Of a stretch of DNA of 64,000 nucleotides, positions 12,701-25,780 are shown one piece after another. Below the pieces are notes generated by a model that worked only from the letters and a program-made list of their open reading frames with translations, was not told the origin of the DNA and searched no databases. The position numbers were made by a program, and so were the translations under genes. This DNA comes from Felis catus. Taxonomy: Eukaryota. The DNA is taken from the NCBI RefSeq assembly GCF_018350175.1, contig NC_058368.1, positions 30,816,001 to 30,880,000 of the forward strand. Direction: 5' to 3'. Positions within the stretch are counted from its first letter, which is position 1, and the number at the start of each line of letters is the position of its first letter.

Positions 12701-14936
12701 TTCACGGTGACCGTGTGAAAGTTTTGAAGCCCCAAAGCAGTAGTTTCTGGAACATTTTGCAGTACATCTATTTCAGAGAGTGACATTTCTCTTGATTCTT
12801 CTGATTGTGCATAGTGGCCTCTTCTACCTTGTATCTTTTCACAGGTCTGATGATTTTTACTGCTTGCTCATTTCTTCCTGTTGCAATCACCCATGCCAGA
12901 AAGGCATCAGGACTCTGCAGGCTTGTAGCCCCAGACAAAATGAATTTTGACAGTGTAGACTTTTTGCTATTCATCTGATGCGAAGGATACCCTACTGAAC
13001 TGCTGTTCTGTCACTTTAAGAAGAAGTTTTGATATGTGACTTTCTGCTCATTTTATGCAACCTCCATAATAGAAAGTCTTAACTTCGTACTGGCATTCAT
13101 TCATGGTCTGCTGTCTCCCTTTCAAGTTGAGAAGTAGCTATGAGGCTTTATCAAGATTCCTTCTGCTTGCTTTCTAAGCTCTTTAATGAAACAAGTTGGC
13201 TCTTTTATCCTGACTTCAATTCAGCCTGTACCTAATCTGGCAGAAATGCCTTCAGGTGTATGAAATGTGAATGGTAGATAACCTTCTAACTTCCAGCACT
13301 GATACATGCCCTCTCCCATTTGTGTATTTCATTGCTCACACCTATAGGATTTGAGAGACATGTATGGTGGGTGAGCAAAGGTCGCTTGCCTCTGGTCACA
13401 TGACCCCATTTGTGCCTAAATCTGCCATTGATTTGTAATCTGACCAGCCAGCACAAAACTCCCAGTTTGGGATATCGATCAGGTGTGATGAGAACTAGAA
13501 TTAAGCAGTCACAAAATTTCTAATCTGCTCATGTACGTGGACGTACGTAGACAAGTGACAGTTTGCTTTCTGGCGGTGGTGATGAACTCGTGGTGTTCTG
13601 TTAGCAGTGATTCGCCCTGGTTGGTCTTTAGCGGCTGCCAGAAGTTTTAGTCAATTTAGAAAGAGACTCTGTATCGACACCAAGATAAAAGCTTTGCAAA
13701 TCAAGTCAAACTGTGGAATATCCCCAGTTTCAGCCCTCTCATTTCTCCTGGGGTTTGTTTGGTGGTCCTCTGTACCACAGCCCTTTGAAGACAGGCCCCG
13801 ATATCATCAGCGACTAATGATCAGTCCTTGCATTGGGAGCTGAAGAAAGTACCCCAGATTCAGGCCTGCTTTTCCTAATTAAAAGTGGTTAATAACTCTT
13901 TTATTGAAACTAGATTAAATTCTTATTTGGGAAACTTAATTTAAAGTATGACCTGTCAGCTCTGTGGCACTTCTATCCAGTCGTATCTCCACACAAATTG
14001 AAGGAGAGTGAATTGTGTTTTAATATTCTCTGAAAGGACAGAGTGAGGAGAAGAATTAGAAAGCAGAGAATAAAGCAGAGCGGTCGCTTTCACTTGATGG
14101 GCAAAGAAAGTGTGTATGACGAAGCCAAACAATACAGTTTTCTGAATTTGTGTAGATGTTTTTTTCTAAAAATGCTGCTGTGACAGCCCTAGGCAGGTGA
14201 TTCTTCTATCCAAAAACTGCTGACTGAGCACCTCTCTTTCACCTGTTTTTAGCAGCGCCCATCTGGTTTGAATCCTTCTCTCCAGACTTATTAAAGGCTA
14301 TTCGATGCACACAGGCTCTGGCCCTGACTTAGATATTTGAACCTCCGGAATAACACTCACCTCTGTTTGTGGGAGGATCATTCAGATCGGAGCAGTGTAT
14401 GGCTAGATTCATGCACTACTTTGTGAGAGCAGCACATGGGGAATATTTGTGGGTGAGGAGGCAGAGCACAGTCCTAGGGGTTGAAAAGCGTGACAGGGAG
14501 ACCTCACAGCCCCGACGGTGACCTCAGAACCTTTGAGAACAACCGCGATAAACGATGCTCCTACTTTGCCTACACAAAAGTCTTGTGAAGAGGGTCAAGG
14601 CACCATTCATCTCTCTACAGAAATGAGAGAAATAATGTAAAGAAGAAAAAACTCTGCCCGAGTCATTGCTTGGCTTCATGGATCAATGAGAGAAGAGAAC
14701 AATTCCCAAAATTGTTCCTTTTTATCCTTTTCTTCTTCTTTTCTATTAACCAGATGCTGAACCATTTTAAAATAGAAAGTTATACCTTTTCAAATCTTCC
14801 ACGGAATATTTAATGAACTGACTTTATATTCTTATGAAAATATATTCTTACAATGTGAGTGAAACTTTTCCACTAAAATATGCGTAGACATTGCCACTAT
14901 AATTCCACCCCTATATATTCCCTATTTATACAATTC

Positions 14937-15160
14937 TTTTTTTTTTAATTTTTTTAAACATTTACTGATTTTTGAAAGATATAGAGAGACAGAGCATGAG
15001 TGTGAGAGAGGCAGAGAGAGAGGGAGAATCAGAATCTGAAGCAGGCTCCAGGCTCCGAGCTGTCAGCACAGAGCCCAGTGTGGGGCTCGAACCGGCGAAC
15101 CACAAGATCATGACCTGAGCTGAAGTCGGACGCTTAACCAACTGAGCCACCCAGGTCCCC
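14937..15160 (-). mobile_element. Can-SINE (SINEC_Fc-type)
   Basis: Full body ending gagccacccaggtcccc. Confidence 0.94.
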
Positions 15161-15288
15161 CTACAATTATTCTAGATTTCCATTATCATGTCTCTAACTT
15201 CCAATACGCTTTCTGGGAATTCCCATTTGCTTTCTGAGTTGTAAGTACTCTAGTGTATGCGTTTTACCATGAATCGTCTACCACTATT

Positions 15289-15512
15289 GTTTTTATTTTA
15301 TTTATTTATTTTTTAATGTTTACTTTTGACAGAGAGGGAGACAGAGCATGAGCAGGGGAGGGGCAGAGAGAGGGAGACACAGAATCCGAAGCAGGCTCCA
15401 GGCTCCCGAGCTGTCGGCACAGAGCCTGACGCGGGGCTCGAACTCACAAATCACGAGTTCATGACCTGAGCCAAAGTCAGAAGCTCAACCAACTGAGCCA
15501 CCCAGGTGCCCC
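15289..15512 (-). mobile_element. Can-SINE (SINEC_Fc-type) followed by (GTTT)n at 15515-15560
   Basis: Full body ending gagccacccaggtgcccc. Confidence 0.94.
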
Positions 15513-16905
15513 TGGTTTTTTTTGTTTGTTTGTTTGTTTTGTTTTGTTTGTTTGTTTTTATTGAGAAGCTACTTTTCTTGTTACAGCTTTTATTTTCTTT
15601 CTCTTATTGTTTTGAATGTGTTCTAAATTAGGCTTGTATATTGTCATTAACTTATTTGCATGTAAGTTACCAGTCTATGGAGATAAATTACCCAGGCAAT
15701 TCGATTCTTCAGTCGACTTGATCATTTCTTCTTTTTATGTTAAATAAAAATTGCATGTCTTTTTATATTTGTGGATTTTTTAAAAATCCCCTTTCTTTTT
15801 CAGGCATTTATGTTCTTTACATGTCTACACTGGTATACAAGTTGTCATTTTTACATTTTTTAATTTTATATAATTTTTGTTTTCATTTTTTACTGTAGTT
15901 TGGGAGTTTTCTAAGTTTCTAATGATAAGAATGTTTTCAGCCTTATTCTCTTGCTTTCACTTGGCTCTAACTGAAAGCGGAGTTAGGATGGTAAAGAATA
16001 AGGTGAGTCTGGCCATGACACACAAATGTGTTTCTAATGTTTATGGATTGTATATTCTTCTGGGATAGGTCTCTTGGATGTAAACAAATGCCTTTCATGT
16101 ATTTGAGATATTTGTTGCTCATGATAACATTTACTCATTCTTTGATAACCATTACTTGTTTCTGTATTATTCTAGAATTCATCTCCATTTCCGAATTTAT
16201 AGTCATGAGTTAATAATTTTTGATTTCACAACTACTCATAATTATGAAGCTTGATAATGCTCGTTTGTGTCAATTTTATTTTCCTTCTTACTGGCCCACT
16301 TCACTTGGGGCATTCTGTTCACTGAAGGCTTGAAAATGTGTGTTGTCCCCTTGAATAGTTGTATATGGGCGTAGGGATTCATTCTAGACTTGGGTGGTAG
16401 GTTAGTATCACTTTGGCAGAAAACTGTTTGAGGAAGCAGTTTGAGTTCTTTTTCCTTACTGTTGTTAAAACTCTTATAATTTCTCCCTTTCCCTCCCCCC
16501 ATCTTTTTTATAGTACTGTTCTGTTCAATACCATTATTTTTTTTTTTAATATGGAATCATGAATTCCTAGTGTACATTCTTTTTTTTTTTTTTCATTGAA
16601 GTCTCAGTCACAGAACTTCCATTTTTGTAAGGATCAGCCAACATTTCCAAAAGTTATCAAGTGGTATTACCTGGTTATATCATATTTTCTTCACATTTAG
16701 TGGTACCCCTTTTGTTAAAATGAAGGGCTATATTTTACCCTAGGTAATAATTTATTTATGGGATTATGCATAAAATTAGCAAAGTAGAATACTTAGCATG
16801 TGTGTGTAAATATTTAATTGACATATGAAATGAATATCTCATTGTTAGTGACATTTCTCACCATAACTTCCCTACCAATAAAGTATTTTCTGTTAAATAG
16901 ACATT

Positions 16906-17122
16906 AAAAATTTTTTTTTAAACATTTATTTATTATTGAGAGACAGAGACAGAGCATGAGCAGGGGGGAGGGGCAGAGAGAGGGGGAGACACAGAATCTG
17001 AAGCAGGCTCCTGGCTGTGAGCTGTCAGCACAGAGTCCAGTGCGGGGCTCGAACCCATGAATCATGAGATCATGACCTGAGCCGAAGTCAGACGATTAAC
17101 TGACTGAGCCACCCAGGGGCCC
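16906..17122 (-). mobile_element. Can-SINE with 13 bp TSD
   Basis: TSD ttaaatag[a/c]catt at 16893-16905 and 17123-17135. Confidence 0.95.
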
Positions 17123-18999
17123 TTAAATAGCCATTTTTGAGAACTTTCATATGGAATATGAATGACCACCTTTCTTGGAAAGTTATTATTATGGCCGCAT
17201 TGAAACCAACAGTGAGATATCAATAATAAGACCCAACTTTTAAAAATAAATTAAATTTAAAATAACAATTTTCCTGTGCTTCTTCCATGTAATTTCTTTT
17301 TATTCGGCTGGTAGCCCCAAACAGAGTTGTGACAGTGTTGCTAGAATTGTTTCCAAGAATGTATACTTATTTTATATGAGGGAGGCTCATTTTCTTCCTG
17401 TGGGCTAGTCAGACCTGAGGCATCATCTGAACTGGAATAAAGACACCATAACTCACTCTCTGCCCATTTTGAGCTAATGAGTTATAAAAGATAACAGCAT
17501 TAACAAAGAACATGAGGACAAACTGACAACTGATCAATCTTTAGCTCTGTAATTTTATATTTCTTTCCTAAGATGAGTCTGTTCACACGCTCCATCAATA
17601 GAACCTGTACCTTGACCTGCCTTTTCAGTGGGGAGTGATAGATTTGCACTGTTCCATCAAAACTCTTTCACTTACGTCCCATTGTAACTGACAGCCAATG
17701 TTTCACAGCTTCCTATTTGAGTTAGAGGTGAAGTCCTTGGTCTTGGAACACAACCAGAGGAAGTGTCCACTCAGGATCTTAAAGCATGGCCTCATTACCA
17801 TTGTCCTCTAATAAACCGAGCTGCCAAGTTCCTGAAGCACTGGTGTCTCCAGAAATCCTGGTATGGCTTTTTGATTTACTTTGGATGGTGTTTGAGATTT
17901 TTGAGTAACCTGAGTAACTCCTTTTTTGCCTTGACCTCATTTCCGCCCCCCCACCCCCCCCACCCCACCGCGACTCAGGGCTGTCTTTTTCTTTACGTTG
18001 CTCTTGTGAGTAAACTTTTCCAGTTTTTTTTTTTCTTTTTTCAGGCTGATGTGAATGGCTTCAGTACAAGTTCTGCCTGTCTATAGAATTTTGCTCAATA
18101 AAAAAAAGCAAATCTGGCGGCAGTCTTGCAGGCATAGTCTACCTCTGAGTCGGAATCTTGATTGGCATGGCTTCAGTCTGGGATTTATATGTGACTGTCA
18201 GAGGTGAACATTTTTGGCTAAGTAAATAAGCCCTACATTGGGACAATTATGGATCTAGACTGCTACTTTTTCAGGAAATCAGGTGGGAGCAAGTGAACTG
18301 GATGTCTGTACTGCACATAAGAAAAATATGTAAGTTCATTAGCATTTGCAAATTCCAAGTAGAGAGATAAGTCACAGTTCAGTAGAGCCTTTTAATCAGA
18401 ATCCTATTACCTGCAAAGGAATTATTACCTATGCACTTGCATTTTCAAAGGACAAGAACAGGAAAATAAACCACCAGTGAACCAGATGGGGTATTTTCTT
18501 CTAGTGGTTACAGACTGAGTACACGAATGCATACCTGACATTCCAGCACATTTTCGGTCCTTGTGTGAAGTTTCTCTGCTCACATCCTGTTGGCAAAGCA
18601 AATCACATGACCAAAACCAAAGTGAAAGACTCTCATTACAATAATTTCTTACATGTTACTATTCTGGTATTCTAGTCCTTTCCGTTTCTCTCGTTTTCTC
18701 TGATGCTGTACTATTTAATGAGTCCCAAATGTCTAGGCCTTAGAATCATTTCAGAAAGAATCAAATCATATGTTAATGTTGTGTTTGGTTTTGGTGCTTT
18801 TTTTACTTGCCTTTAAATTCCATCTAAAAGTGGGTAAGCGTTGTTCAGAACCTTAAGGGTGTAATCAATTCCTTCCCTCAGTGAGCTTATATTTTAGTGG
18901 AGAGTTGGAAAAGTAAGCAAACACTGGCAATTGATGTTTTAAATGTTGATAGAAAGCTGTCCAGAAAGTGAGGGGAAGGAGTCCCCGCTTACCCCACAG

Positions 19000-19290
19000 A
19001 AGAGACAGTGCTTACTCTGCATCTCATAAAGATGAGAAGAACTTCTGCTTGGGAACAAAGCTCTCTGTAGTGGTACATCTCTTGACAGGGAAGTGGCATA
19101 GATGGGTGCATAGAGGGATGAAAAAACAGGAGAACGTTTTAGGGAGCTTGAAAGTATTAGAACATTCAAGACCTTGTGTATTCATTTTACTGATAACATC
19201 AGGAAGCTGGGGAGAGAGGAAGAAGCTCTTGGCATGCCATGCCATGGAGTGTTTATTTTATTCCAAAGAGAGTAGAAGTCATTAAAGCAA
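19000..19290 (-). mobile_element. Probable L2 fragment
   Basis: Purine-rich decayed motifs (ggcatgccatgccatggagtgtttattttattccaaag, gaagtcattaaag). Confidence 0.45.
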
Positions 19291-19979
19291 GAAGCATATA
19301 ATCAGATTTGCATTATAGAAAGATTGTTCTGAAGAAATGTCGAGATTAAAGCCACAGTGGAAAGAGAAATACCATCGAGAAGGATGGCTCCATACTCCAA
19401 AGAGGGAGGGAGAGTGGAAGGGAGAAAGAGGAAAGGAGAAAAGCGTGGGTACACTCTATTTCTGAATGGAAATACTATACCTATAATTGCTGAATGCCAG
19501 ATAAGAGATGCAGTGCCTGGCACATAACTGCCCAATAAGAGTTTGTTCACGCTATCTTGCTTGAAGTAGCGGTATAATTTTATTTTTTCCCATGTGAACA
19601 TAATTTGTCCTGGTATTATTTATGGAATTGTCCCGAGTGATGTGCAAAGTCATTTGTGTCATATATTATTTTCCTTCATATATAGGTTGGTCTCCTTTGA
19701 ATTCCTTTTCACTGGTCTCATTCTGTTCTCCATGTCTCTTAACCTTTTTTTTTTTTTTTTGGAAAAAAAGATATATTTTCCATATTTGTGTTTCTATGGG
19801 CCAAACTCTGAGTCACTTCTGAAGATCTTTCTCATTTTTTTTTTTAACCTGTCTTCATTTCAGCTTCTTCCTCAGCGTTTTGGTCACCATTTGCAATATT
19901 TTACTGAAATAGTCTATGCAATTAATTATTTTATTATCCATATCCAGTCTGCTGTTTAACTTGTTCATTGAGTATCTAA

Positions 19980-20216
19980 TTTAAATTATTTTCTTTTTTC
20001 TTTTCTTTTTTCTTTTTTTTTGAGAGAGAGAGAGATACAGAAACAGAGAACACAAGCATGAGTGGGGGAGAGGCAGAAGGAAGGAGGGAGAGTTCCAAGC
20101 AGGCCCCACGCCCAACACGGAACCTGATGTGGGGCTCAAACTCATAACTATGAGATAATGACCTGAGCTGAAATCAAGAGCTGGAAGCTTAACCCACTGA
20201 ACCACCTAGATGCCCC
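19980..20216 (-). mobile_element. Can-SINE (older copy) within decayed L1-like sequence
   Basis: gtggggctcaaactcataactatgagataatgacctgagctgaaatcaagag, ends gatgcccc. Confidence 0.9.
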
Positions 20217-20574
20217 TCATGATGTTATTTTTAAAGTCCTATTATATTCTTTTCCAATTATGCCAATTGATTTCTGAAATTATTATGATGCTTGATCATA
20301 GTCATTTTGTGAACTCACATTTTTATGCTTTTAGGGTTCATCTTATATTTTTCTAAAAATGTTACTATCTGAAGTTCTGGAGAATCTTAATCATTTTCAT
20401 CTCTTGGTGCTCATTCAGAGTGATTTGTATCCTTGTGTATTTGTTGATTCTTTCGCTTGAACTCGTAGCTAGTGTACCTTTCCCATTGCAAATCTGAAGA
20501 CCTAGTTATTTCTTCTGGTGCAAGTGAAGAATGCATTGCACACGAGAGACCACTTTTAGTTCCCTTCCAAACTT

Positions 20575-20776
20575 TTTTTTAATATAAAGTTTTATTTTTA
20601 TAAAAAAACTTTTATAAATAATATTTTATATTATATGATATTTTGTATTATATAAAAATACTTTTATAGATGAAAATAATATATTTTTATTTTTGACAGA
20701 GAAAGAGTGTGAGCATGAGTTGGGGAGGGGCAGAGAGAGAGGGAGATACAGAATCCAAAGCAGGCTCCAGGCTCTG
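20575..20776 (-). mobile_element. 5'-truncated Can-SINE with long AT-rich tail and perfect 17 bp TSD
   Basis: TSD agttcccttccaaactt at 20558-20574 and 20777-20793; body stops at gcaggctccaggctctg. Confidence 0.93.
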
Positions 20777-21277
20777 AGTTCCCTTCCAAACTTAAAATGT
20801 GCAGTTGTACCAAAATTTAGCATCAACTTGTGGTAGTCATCGTAATAGGCATTTGTCCTCAGAATAATTCAAGGTCTAGTTTCGGTTCACTTTTTTGTTT
20901 GTTTCCATTTTTAACACTTCTCTGAAACTGCTTTCAATCCAGATGACCTCCTGACTGTCACTATATTTGTCTTTCTTTGAGTTAACCTCTTAGAATTTGT
21001 TAGTTTGGCTGCCCCTCCTCCACTTCTCTCTCAAAATACTTGTTTTTGTGGCTTCTATGACATTGCCCATTTTAATTTTCCTCATGCCTTTCTAGCCACT
21101 TCCCAGTCGCATTTGGATCTTTTCCCTCTGATTCCTGGTCCTTAAATATTGCCGTATTTAAGATCCTCTCCTTTATTCTTCCTAGACACAATATCGAAGT
21201 GAAACTCATCCAAAAATATGAAATTGATGCTGGTATTTCTTACCTTTATTTCTGGTTTCAATCTCTTTATTGAGGTC

Positions 21278-21985
21278 TGTATTGGTTAATTATTGTTTCA
21301 TGACAAATTAGCCCCAAATTTAGCAGCTTAAAACAGCAAGAATTTATAGTCTCACATAGTTTCCGAGGATCAGGAATCTAGGAACAGCTTAACTGGATGC
21401 TAAGGCTCAAAGTGTCTTAAAATGTTATAGGACATTGGGGCTCCTGGGTGGCTCATTCCATTGAGCTTCCAACTTCGGCTTAGGTCATGACCTTGTAGTT
21501 CGTGAATTTGAGCCCTGCATGGGGCTTGTGCTGTCAGCACAGAGCCTGCTTCAGATCCTCTGTCCCCTCTGTCTTACTACCCCTCCCCTGATTGCTCTCT
21601 CTCAAAAATAAACATTTAAAAAATATATTATAGGAAATTTGTTGATGGGGCTTTAGTTATCAGAAGACTTGACTGGGGCTGGATGGTCGTCTTCCAAGAT
21701 GGCTCACGTGACTGTTGTCAGGTGTCCGTTCCTTGTCGTATGGAGCTGTCTTCTGTGCCACCCAAGTTTTCTTAAAACATGGCTGCTGTTTTCTTTTGGA
21801 GTAAGTAATAAGACAGAGCAAGGAGAGAGGCCATGATGCTTTTGATGATCTAACTTCTGAAGTGTCATATAATCTGCCATATTCTGTTGGTCACACAGAC
21901 TGATGTTGATACAGTGTGAGGAGAGATTGCGAAAGGGTATGGTAGCAGGAACCATTGTGGAACATTCTGGAGCCTGTCTCCCATA
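21278..21985 (-). mobile_element. MaLR solo LTR, MLT1F/G/H-like, containing a SINE
   Basis: caaattagccccaaatttagcagcttaaaacagc, gacttgactggggctgga, ttccaagatggctcac, tctgccatattctgttggtcacaca. Confidence 0.8.
21437..21624 (+). mobile_element. Can-SINE inside the MLT1 LTR
   Basis: ggggctcctgggtggctca head; imperfect TSD atgttataggacatt / atattataggaaatt. Confidence 0.9.
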
Positions 21986-22225
21986 AGGTTCAAATTTCAT
22001 GAGTGTGTTTATTTAATTATAATAGGTACCTCAAACTCAGTAGGTATAAACAAACCTATTATATTCTCACTCAAACTTTTTATATCAAAACTACCATCAT
22101 TTACTCCTCTGATAGTCTCAGTCTTAGTTAATGACACCACCATCCACACTGTTACTAAAGCGAGAAATTTGGAATTACCTTTAATTTGTTCTTCCCTCCA
22201 TTCTACTGATATATCATCTAAATAA

Positions 22226-22418
22226 TTTTTATTAATTTTTTTAATGTTTATTTTTTTGAGAGACAGAGCATGAACAGGGGAGATACAGAGAGAGGGAGAC
22301 ATAAAATCTGAACCAAGCTCCAGGCTCTGAGCTGTCAGCACCGAGCCCGACATGGAGCTCAAACCCACAAACCCGAGATCATGACCGGAGCCAAAGTCTG
22401 GCGCTCACCCAGGACCCC
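22226..22418 (-). mobile_element. Can-SINE with small deletion across the A-box
   Basis: gagccaaagtctggcgctcacccaggacccc lacks the usual taaccgactgagc. Confidence 0.9.
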
Positions 22419-23307
22419 CAATTTTAAATGCATTTAAATCTTTTTATTCCATTTTAATTTCCCTAATTCAGGTTACCAACTTCTGCCACTTATAACCTCT
22501 CATTCTCTCATCCTATTCCTATCTTCTAATCCTGCAGAGTGGGCATTATAAAAAAGAAATAAAAAAAACCACGTCATTTCATTGCCTGGAACGTGGATCA
22601 AATTTATAAATCTACTACAAATGAAAAATACATTATTTTGGGTAATGGAAAGGGAATAAAAATGGCAAAGGTTGGCAGTACAATAAGCTTCCAGATGAAT
22701 CTAAAAGCCTTTTATAATATTGACTGAAAATGAAGACTTGAGTTAGTTTTATCTTTAGTTGGACTCTAGATATAACCCCCTAATAACCTTATAGTGCAGC
22801 ATCATTCAGCTGCTTAAGCTGAATAAAGTATAAAGTAAAAGTAAAACATAATAAATACCCATGGAAAGAATGCCATTCTTTCTGCAGTATAAATCATTCA
22901 AGAGGGCAATAGTTGCCAACAAAATTTCATGATTTTTTCTATGATGGAAAATAGATGAAAATGCAATAAAATAAAATTATTACATATTTATTGCATCCTC
23001 ATAAGGAATATCATCATTAGTTCAAGCAATGCCTGTGGCCCTTTTCTACCTACCCTCTTTCTTATCTGCAATATCTTCCATATGTACAAGTATTGCACAT
23101 ATTAAAAAAGAAGAAATAGAAATATCCATCACAAATGTTTTCAGTGCATGCGCTATAGGTCATAGCACTATGTTATTTACACAAGTTGCCTCAATATTTA
23201 ATATTAATGACATTACAGATGTGATAGAATGAACCAGGAGAATTGTGTCATCATGCAGCCTTGTGATTAGACATAGACTAATGTCTTCTGTAAGAGTCAG
23301 AGGATTC

Positions 23308-23531
23308 GGGGCGCCTGGGTGGCGCAGTCGGTTAAGCGTCCGACTTCAGCCAGGTCACGATCTCGCGGTCCGTGAGTTCGAGCCCCGTGTCGGGCTCTGG
23401 GCTGATGGCTCAGAGCCTGGAGCCTGTTTCCGATTCTGTGTCTCCCTCTCTCTCTGCCCCTCCCCCATTCATGCTCTGTCTCTCTCTGTCCCAAAAATAA
23501 ATAAAAAACGTTGAAAAAAAAATAAAAAAAA
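23308..23531 (+). mobile_element. Young CpG-rich feline SINE with perfect 16 bp TSD
   Basis: TSD aagagtcagaggattc at 23292-23307 and 23532-23547; intact A-box and B-box (gttcgagcc). Confidence 0.97.
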
Positions 23532-24242
23532 AAGAGTCAGAGGATTCATTGACATTAGTCCTGAAGAGACTTAAGAACACCTAGCCCCACTGCCTCATTT
23601 CATAGGTTAAGAAACTGGAATCTAATTTAAACAAGAAATAATTAGAAACATGAAGGCAAGGGGCTAATTTCAGAAACGTACTTCACAGCAAAGAACCAGC
23701 GGCCTAAAAGAAGTCTATTCTAATAAATGAGAGAAATTAAAAATATATAATCATATCATATTTTATATAGATGATAAAAATACTTGCAAATAGCACTCTA
23801 ATCTAAATAGCAGTAAAATAGGGAGCCCTGGGGGGTGTGTGTGAGAGGGGAGAATAATTGATAAGATGATTCATTCTCACAATTATTGAAAATCTTTCTA
23901 ATATGGTAGCCAATTAATAAAACGTAAATATGAATTGTTTCAGCAGATCATAAAATAAATTCAGCTATTTATTTTAGGAAATAAATACTACTAACTGTGA
24001 TCAACTAAGCTGAAAAATTCATAATTGGTAATGTTAATCTAGAGAAGGAATCTGCTGAGTGGTAGGACATTGCGATATAGGAGTCAATCAGGAAACTGTA
24101 AATTTACCAGAGAAGATAGTTCTGTGTTATGGAATTTATAACAGTGTTTTATCTGACAAATGATAATCCCAGATTCTCTGCTTGGGAATATATAGGAGAT
24201 GACACGAAAGGCAATATACTGTTTTTTGCCTTGTTAAATAAA

Positions 24243-24448
24243 GGGGCACCTGGGTGGCTCAGTCGGTTAAACATCTGACCCTTGATTTCGGCTCAGGTCA
24301 TGATCTCATGATTCATGGGATGGAGCCCATGGAAGACTCAGTGCTGACAGCATGGAGCCTGCTTGTGATTCTCTGTCTGCCTCTCCCTCTCTCTTTCTCT
24401 CAAAATAAGTAAATAAATAAGCTTGAAAAATTAAATTAACAATAAATA
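24243..24448 (+). mobile_element. Can-SINE with 14 bp TSD
   Basis: TSD ccttgttaaataaa at 24229-24242 and 24449-24462. Confidence 0.95.
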
Positions 24449-25409
24449 CCTTGTTAAATAAAAATGACATACCATTATTGTTAATAATAGTATTTTTCAT
24501 ACTGTGTATAAGATAGTTAAGAATTGAATATCATAAAGAATACTATCACTCAACTCCTACTTCTTTCCTTCACAAGAAATTCTCCCCCAAGGCTTGTCTC
24601 CACTCTTGACTTCCAAAACCCGACTTATCCACATCATCTCGAAACCAGCTCCTCTAAATTTTCATAAAGCTAGTGAAGATTTAGCATTTTCTCAGAATAT
24701 TCAAGCTAATCACCTGGAGCCAACTTTTCATTGTCCTTTAACTATATTAGGTAAGTCTTGGGGATTCTGTTTCCCTATTTGCCTCTCATGTATCCTTCTT
24801 TTTTGATTCTCCTACCATCCCAGATCCTATCTTATATCTTGCATCAATTCCTTCTTATTTTTCCTACTCTCTCTCTCAGATTAATGGATCTAGAGCGTCA
24901 GATTAATAGATCTACAAAGTTCTAGTGGCTGTATAGTCTCAAGCAAAATGAAAAAGTCAACATGTATTTATTGAATATCCATGGAGTACCATGCACTGTG
25001 CTGGACTTAGATGAGGGTGGACCATAAGAGTTGCTTTGTCTTTAGTGCATCATCATCAAGTTAACTCAACCACCCTATTTTTACTGCCTTTTAGTGCCTC
25101 TTACACTTACGCTAACATTGTCCCTTGCTTAATGCTCTAATACTGTCTCACATCTCAAATTCCATTTCTGTTAGAGATTGTCTAACTGATCTGGTCAGTA
25201 CTTCCTCTACTCGCTGAGTGCTTTGCACCAGCCTCCCTCTTAGGCCACTGCCCAGCGTACAGAAGAGCTGCCCTTTGGCAGATGACCACTGGTTTAATCC
25301 CCCATTAAAACAGGAGGGGGTTTCAGGGTTCACCAAATGGTCTTCTCTATTTAATAAATTACCCCAGTCTCCTCCCTTAGCAGGTTCTTTTTTTTTTTCT
25401 TGAATGTAC

Positions 25410-25780
25410 AAATGGTATGCTTAATAGAGAAATGGCTTTTCATCAAAGGAAAATGATGGTGTTATTAACAAAGTGTAGAGAATGAGCAAGTGGAAACATG
25501 TTGATTTTGAGGTGCTTTAGGGCTATTTGAGATGAATAACCCATAAGTTAGCTAGAAATGTGGATTGGAGGCTTAGAAGTGGGGTTCGGACATTGGAACT
25601 GGACAAACATATATGAGAGTCATCAAAGTGTCAGGGACGGTTGTCACTATATATAAAGGTGGCTAGTCCCAGCAACCATAAAGAATGTCTTGAATATTGG
25701 GTCAAGGATATAACCCTGGAGAATATCAGAAAAATAACAGCCCAGTAAGGACCCCGAAAAGAATCAGAGAAGAATGGAAA
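25410..25780 (-). mobile_element. L2 fragment
   Basis: ttttgaggtgcttt, agctagaaatgtggattggaggcttagaag, tgagagtcatca. Confidence 0.6.

Larger units (their letters stand above)
20910..22210 (+). mobile_element. L2 fragment split by an MLT1 LTR (pieces about 20910-21277 and 22020-22210)
   Basis: ctgaaactgctttc, gatgacctcctg, ggcttctatgacattg; resumes ggtacctcaaactcag, aatgacaccaccatccac. Confidence 0.65.

Noticed and set aside
23308..23390. tRNA gene suggested by A and B boxes
   Set aside because: It is the tRNA-derived head of a Can-SINE, followed by SINE body, tail and TSD.
24877..24914. Short direct repeat tcagattaat[g/a]gatcta (also atgcttccc(c)tttcaaag at 32679 and 32740)
   Set aside because: Two copies only; ordinary micro-duplication, not an array.
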